This document shows, piece by piece, positions 58,897 to 64,000 of a stretch of DNA of 64,000 nt; positions within the stretch are counted from its first letter, which is position 1, and every line of letters starts with the position of its first letter. This DNA is from Coniocarpon cinnabarinum (taxonomy: Eukaryota). The stretch spans positions 124,001 to 188,000 of the forward strand of contig JAVECO010000004.1 of the NCBI GenBank assembly GCA_051942205.1. Reading direction: 5' to 3'. The translations under genes were made by a program, and so were the position numbers. The notes beneath the pieces are model-generated. The model saw nothing but the letters and a program-made list of their open reading frames with translations, did not search any database and had not been told where the DNA came from.

Positions 58897-59262
58897 TTAG
58901 ATTTGCATGTAGCCCTTGCTCTGAGCTCGTTGTGCGACAGCCTTTTGCACGAATACACGCAATAGTCGCCACGAGATAATACGCGCCGCGCGCGAAAGTA
59001 TCCTTCTTCCATTGACTGCACTCACACCAGGTGTCACTGAAGATGTTTCAGCGGCGAGGTCTTGTTCCTCATTATTAACTAAATCAGAGGCCTCAAAATG
59101 ATCCAATAACCTAGCCTCCAACTGAGCTATCTCTTCTCTGATGCGGTGGTTGCGAAGCTGTTCCAAATTCCGTATGGCTTTGACACGGCCTAAAAGATCC
59201 TCTGCTTGAGTTAGACCTGGCCATTTGCTGTTCAAGGCAGACTCACCAGCAATTGCCTTCAT
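58897..59262 (-). CDS. Small hypothetical protein
   Basis: 121-aa ATG ORF with a coiled-coil-like segment. Confidence 0.4.
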   Translation of the reverse strand: MKAIAGESALNSKWPGLTQAEDLLGRVKAIRNLEQLRNHRIREEIAQLEARLLDHFEASDLVNNEEQDLAAETSSVTPGVSAVNGRRILSRAARIISWRLLRVFVQKAVAQRAQSKGYMQI

Positions 59263-59313
59263 GTTTTTACTGCAAAGTGTGGGGCTGACGTGAAGAGCTC
59301 CAGTAAATGCACT

Positions 59314-59679
59314 TTAAATGCCTTCGTCCTCTTCTGCCTCAACCCAGTCATCTGACGCTTTGTCAATTCCCTGACTCTTAGAGCCTCGACCCAGGATTGT
59401 CATAGGGAACTCACCCAGCTGGTCGCTTTCCGTGTCCCCGACAAGATCGCGCAATTGGTCATTGTCGAAGGCCTGAGTTTGCTGCAGCTGACGCACGTCC
59501 CTCACAGTGAGTCCAGCACGACGCAAATGATATCGCTTGCTGCGAATAGAATCAAGCGAGATGGGCCTACCGCGCAGCTGGCTGATGATCTGTGCAATCC
59601 TCTGCGCTGTGAAGACATTCCGATGTGACATTGCACACAAGATTATTACTTCTTTGTCGGTGAATCGCATACCGCCCAT
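59314..59679 (-). CDS. Small HTH/Myb-like protein
   Basis: MRFTDKEVIIL...IAQII...ISLDSIRSKRYHL pattern. Confidence 0.45.
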   Translation of the reverse strand: MGGMRFTDKEVIILCAMSHRNVFTAQRIAQIISQLRGRPISLDSIRSKRYHLRRAGLTVRDVRQLQQTQAFDNDQLRDLVGDTESDQLGEFPMTILGRGSKSQGIDKASDDWVEAEEDEGI

Positions 59680-60863
59680 GAAAACCTGATTTCTAGTGAT
59701 AAGTTTGAAATCGAACGAGAGGTTGTCAATTTAAATTTCGCAATCTACGAGATAGCTGCTAGTCAGCTATACAAGTACATTCATATACAGAAATAGCACC
59801 GCTTAGCAATCTTCCAAATCTGAACTGGCAGTGGGATTGGGGTAAGTGCTTTGAGGCACAGCAGATGAAGCTTCCGTGGGCGTGGGTGAGTAGCCTGGCG
59901 TGGTGGATGGGGCCATCTGATTAAACGAGCCAGCGCCTCGGCAGCTTGTCCATACATCAAAATCGTCGAAACCCAGTAGGTACGCCCGCAGGTCTGCTGT
60001 GCCCCCCGTCACGTTGATTTTCATGCACGACACAGCGTTCCGACTGGCGCAAGACCTGGACGAGTCAGTCAAATGGTCTCGCGCATCGCACGGCGTCCCT
60101 AAATTACCAATGCAACTCGGCTTGACCGTTCGGAGCAGCTCGCGGCAATGGTAAAAGGGCCATAGGCTCACGAGATGAGGCGTCGAAGCCAGTGCCGCAG
60201 GATTTTGGACGCGCAAGACCTTGCAAAGGCGGAAACGCCACATCCGAGAACGTTAAGGTGCTCTCACAAGTGCCATTGCGCACATCAGATAGACTTTACA
60301 AAAATGGCGCGTTAGTTGCGTGATAGTGTGATTAGACGCAATTGGGGAGCTAGACTGACTCGAATTGCATAAGCGCGCCAGCCCTGATGATAGGTACGGG
60401 ATCGATGAGGCAAGGCAGACTGGGGGTGAAGACAGATAAATCGCCGATTACTCTTCCGGTCGCGAGTAAAAAGATCCAGCGCGAGGACATTTTGGATCGT
60501 AGGAGTACGGCAAAAACAACCATTTGGTAGAAGTCTCTGGGGCACTGGCCCGCAATTTATCTTGGAGAACACGGGTGTACAGTCGCACAGCCAGAAGCCA
60601 GGCTCCAAGTTCCTGCCCCCCGCACAGGCAAACAGTTCGCACGTTAAGCGCTGACATGGTAAACGCTAGTGTTATTGATCTCCATCGAGCCGCCGCGGCT
60701 GTAGCGCGTGGTGTATTGCAGGAGCAGGTCACAACACATTAGCCCGTCTAGGTAAAGCGTTCTCCACGCGAGCCATGGCGCCCGCCTCGCGTTGGGCTGC
60801 TTGACTTCACATGCACATTGTGCGACAAAGAAAATGAATCGTACAGGTAGGCCATGAAATTGG

Positions 60864-61353
60864 CTACTGGACTCTTATGTAAGCGGACTCATCTGACCCT
60901 TCTGTGGCGTTCAACCATGTCTCTACATTCTTACTCTCCAGCGCCCCGGGGTTGCCCATGTTCTCGAGGAGCATGGAAATGACAGGATTCAAGGCCCCAC
61001 TCCACATGTCCAGGTTCTCCACTATCTGCAAGATCCGATCAATCTTCGCGTGCATATCTCGAATCTCGTTTTCTGTCTCGGCAAGTTTCCTGGTTCAAGT
61101 GCCTCAGCATGGAAGCTGTAAGCTGCGCAATCTTGACTTACTGCTGCAGACACTCATTCTGGCGCCTCATCTCATGGGTTTCGTTCGCATTGCAGCAACC
61201 GACGTTAACAGGTGCCGGAGCCGCGTGAGGCTCATTCTGCGTCCACAAAGCATCAAACTCTGGGTTTGTAAAATCAAACAAAGTGCTGTCGAGTCCTGCA
61301 ATGTCTGTAGAGAAATTCACTGGCTCAGAATAGGGAACCTGCTCGCTCGACAT
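60864..61353 (-). CDS. Small coiled-coil hypothetical protein, two exons
   Basis: ATG 61353, donor GTAAGT near 61141, second exon ELAETENEIRDMHAKIDRIL. Confidence 0.45.
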
Positions 61354-61508
61354 GTTGAATTTTGAGAAGTCACTTCGATTGGTGTGAGATATGAAATTAC
61401 ACTGCGCTGTTGAAACTGTGGATGGATGGCATTGCACGAAGGACAAATATATATTCATGACCGAACCTGAAACAACCATTCGCCTGCCTCCCGGTGCCGC
61501 GTTACAGC

Positions 61509-61973
61509 CTATTTATGGCATCCAGCCTTCCCCCAACCCATGCCCGACGCCTTTTGGGCGCTTGCATGTGCGCTTGGCCATTTAGGGTCGCCACGAAACA
61601 ACAAGATTGTGAGTGTGCCCCACACCAGATCTTTACTGAAAGGATGTTTCTGTCGGTCGCCGTCCGTGTTTTCGAATGGCGTAAAGTCGAGAACTTGGTG
61701 GTATGGGTAATCGGGATGTGGAGTACTGTTCGTAGTCGCCAGACCGCAGGACGCGCCCAAAGGCAACTCATCAGAGGCCGTTGCAACACCTTTGATCTCC
61801 CGTCGCTCCTTCAACAGGCGGTAATATCTCCACTGAATGCTGTTCAACGATCGCTGCTGGGTCGCACTGCTGTTAAATATCTCAAGTGCGTCCTCCCACT
61901 TCATTTCTGGGTCGAGTTTCAGGGCCCACAGATGCTCTATTTCGGCGTCGGACCATTTGACTCGCTTCGCCAT
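61509..61973 (-). CDS. Myb/SANT-like DNA-binding protein
   Basis: KWSDAEIEHLWALK...KWEDA...F...RSLNSIQWRYYRL. The 3' end may be spliced differently. Confidence 0.6.
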   Translation of the reverse strand: MAKRVKWSDAEIEHLWALKLDPEMKWEDALEIFNSSATQQRSLNSIQWRYYRLLKERREIKGVATASDELPLGASCGLATTNSTPHPDYPYHQVLDFTPFENTDGDRQKHPFSKDLVWGTLTILLFRGDPKWPSAHASAQKASGMGWGKAGCHK

Positions 61974-62229
61974 ACGTGCTATGTTCTGTGGTGAAACTGT
62001 AAAAGTGTTCTTTAGCCAGTCTCGAGGTTGAAGAGGCGAGAACTGAGATTCAGGAGCTTGGCTCTGCATCCAGCGTCTAAATAGTGACTCGTCAGGGCGG
62101 ACCGAAGGCACACGGCAGAAACCGTGATTACGAATACCATGATATTTGGCGGGGGCTAACAGCTGAAAAGCTTGTCGCTTCGCCGTGCTCCGCCTCTGCC
62201 GAAAGCGCGTAGCATGCGGCGTGGAAAAA

Positions 62230-63453
62230 ATGGCGCAAGAGCGTTCCAGACAGTCTCAACAGTTTCAAAGCGTCTTCGCGAGATCGTCGCGCCCTCAGCT
62301 ACCTACCTTACCAATCGTGCCAAACAAAAGCTCGACTGCTGAGGCGGAGCAAACAAAGCAGTTGCCGCCTGTCCCGCCAGACCAAGCTCACATTCGAGCA
62401 GCGCCCCATGAAACCCAACTTATCTCACCTCGGCGCATGCAATGTGGTCAGGGCTCTTCGATCCCATGTCGTAACGGCAATCCATGGAGCTCATACAAAG
62501 TGCTTGGGACGCTAACGCAGGGCAAGACTTCTCTGGTTCTGTGCAGCCCGAATGACAACTCGGAGCCGGTCCTCGTGAAGACCGCACATGGCAAACATGC
62601 GAATAAAGAGTTGGAAATATTGAAAAGTCTACAGCATGCGAATATTGTCAAAGTAAAGCAGGCGTTCGTGAATACGCTTAGCGTTGACCTTTGCTTTGAG
62701 TATTACCGCTTTACATTGCAGGAGCTGATACATGTACACGTGCCATTCAAAGAGGTCCATGTTCACTCTGTGGCAGCACCAGTAAGTGATGCCGATGTTA
62801 CTAGTGCTTCTTTTTGACGATTGCAAATCCAGATATTTCACGCTCTTAAATTCGTGTTCAATAGTGGGTTCACGCATGGTCAGGTCACCCTGAATACGAT
62901 ACGTGTCTCCAGCCGTAAACCGTCGGTAGTACTTGGTAGGTAAGACCTTCTTGGCTGTCCCTGATGTCTAACAAGCGATAGCGGACTTTGAGAATTGTGA
63001 AAAAAGAGATGGCGATGAGCGACAGACGGACCTTGAGGCGCTTGCGGCTGTGTTGATACAATGCATGGACCAAAAAATACCTGCACAGCCTACGCATGAA
63101 TACGTGAACAGAATACGAGCTAAGCGTTCCGAGTCACAAGTCTTCGGCATTGACAACGCAGAAAGATGGAGTGGAAGCAAAGATCTTGTCGATTTCCTTG
63201 ACGATCTTTTGAACGAGAACAAGTTGCCCTCATCCAAGTTTGCTAGAATGGTGTGTAAGTCCTCCAAGCTTGTTTGAACATTGACTAAAAGCCTAAGCAC
63301 AAATTTGTCGATGCCCACGACCAATTAACGAGAGGCAGCCAAAGGAGCCTGACGAGTATCACGGAGGTGGCGTGTTTCGAATGTGCCGCCCTCTGGTATG
63401 GTGGCCAAAGACGGGATACGGGCGGGGATAGTGCAGATGATAGTAACGAATGA
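62230..63453 (+). CDS. Protein kinase-like (probable pseudokinase), four exons
   Basis: PWSSYKVLG, VLVK, ELEILKSLQHANIV and IFHALKFV...HGQV...ADFE, with HRD and DFG altered. Donors near 62782, 62936 and 63251. Confidence 0.7.
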
Positions 63454-63727
63454 GACAAATGCGATAAAGCCTTGTGCGCCCTTTTGTGCCAGCTAGTGTC
63501 TCGCGCGCGGTTCGCTCGTGAAGACAAAGCACGATAGCCTTCCCTTTACCATACCTTAGCCGCCCCCTTAATATAGTCAAGGCGATGCTGGAGCTTGGTC
63601 AGTGACACATCTTTACATATAAAAGCTCCGCATTCCTCGCTTCTATCAGCATAAAGAATATAAAATCTATGTTATTTTGCCCCTGGTTTGACACTTTATT
63701 GACACAGTTCATTAAATGGAATTGCAC

Positions 63728-64000
63728 ATGGAGGCACCTACGCAAGAAGCCTACTCACAAGATGCCGAACGCAATGTACCAGCATTGCAACCCGCGTTCC
63801 TGGTGTCTCAGCAACCTACAACTGAGCTCCTCATGCAAATAGGAAGAATGTATCAGGAGGAGATGTTCGAGCACAAGGCCACGAAAAGGATGCTGCACAT
63901 TCAAACGATGCAGCGTAAGCAGGCCGAGAAAGGACTCTGGGAAGCGCAAATCGGCAATGCAAATGCCGGCCGAATGCTGGAATGGTATCAGCACACCCTC
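63728..64000 (+). CDS. Partial hypothetical ORF running off the window
   Basis: ATG 63728 (MEAPTQEAYSQD...) open to the window end, with TATA-like motifs upstream. Confidence 0.4.
   Translation, partial: MEAPTQEAYSQDAERNVPALQPAFLVSQQPTTELLMQIGRMYQEEMFEHKATKRMLHIQTMQRKQAEKGLWEAQIGNANAGRMLEWYQHTL

Larger units (their letters stand above)
39850..64000 (+). mobile_element. Probable Starship giant transposon (left end approximate, right end not seen in the window)
   Basis: A DUF3435-type captain is the first, inward-facing gene. Content shifts abruptly from housekeeping genes to lineage-specific, repeat-rich and partly RIP-mutated genes. Confidence 0.75.

Noticed and set aside
59803..60742. Cys-rich short ORFs as cargo genes
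   Set aside because: Mostly non-ATG starts in overlapping frames, with no coherent exon model.

Overview
Fungal (filamentous ascomycete, Pezizomycotina-like) genomic DNA with GT-AG introns. About 1-39.8 kb is gene-dense host sequence: a PTH11-like membrane protein, DEG1/PUS3, PIG-H/GPI15, a MYND/pRiA4b-ORF3 gene, a secreted Kex2/Ste13-processed repeat precursor, RSM10, DGK1, an SRR1-like gene, an SDR, a PKH/PDK1 kinase, a CDC26-motif gene, Arp10/RO7, YEN1/GEN1, a Zn2Cys6 factor and an O-methyltransferase. Two U1 snRNA genes flank the O-methyltransferase. One is intronless; the other is divergent and split by a 94-nt spliceosomal intron just after its 5'-splice-site recognition sequence. From about 39.9 kb to the window end is a probable Starship giant transposon: an intact 6-exon DUF3435-type tyrosine recombinase (captain) followed by accessory cargo. 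The cargo includes PD-(D/E)xK-like paralogues, an 86-bp hairpin-rich inverted repeat, a RIP-damaged HD-nucleotidase/UMP-CMP-kinase fusion, several DNA-binding proteins, F-box-like genes and a pseudokinase. Three host genes each carry one in-frame stop inside an otherwise continuous frame. All calls come from manual reading and recalled motifs; no database search was run, and exon boundaries are hand-inferred.
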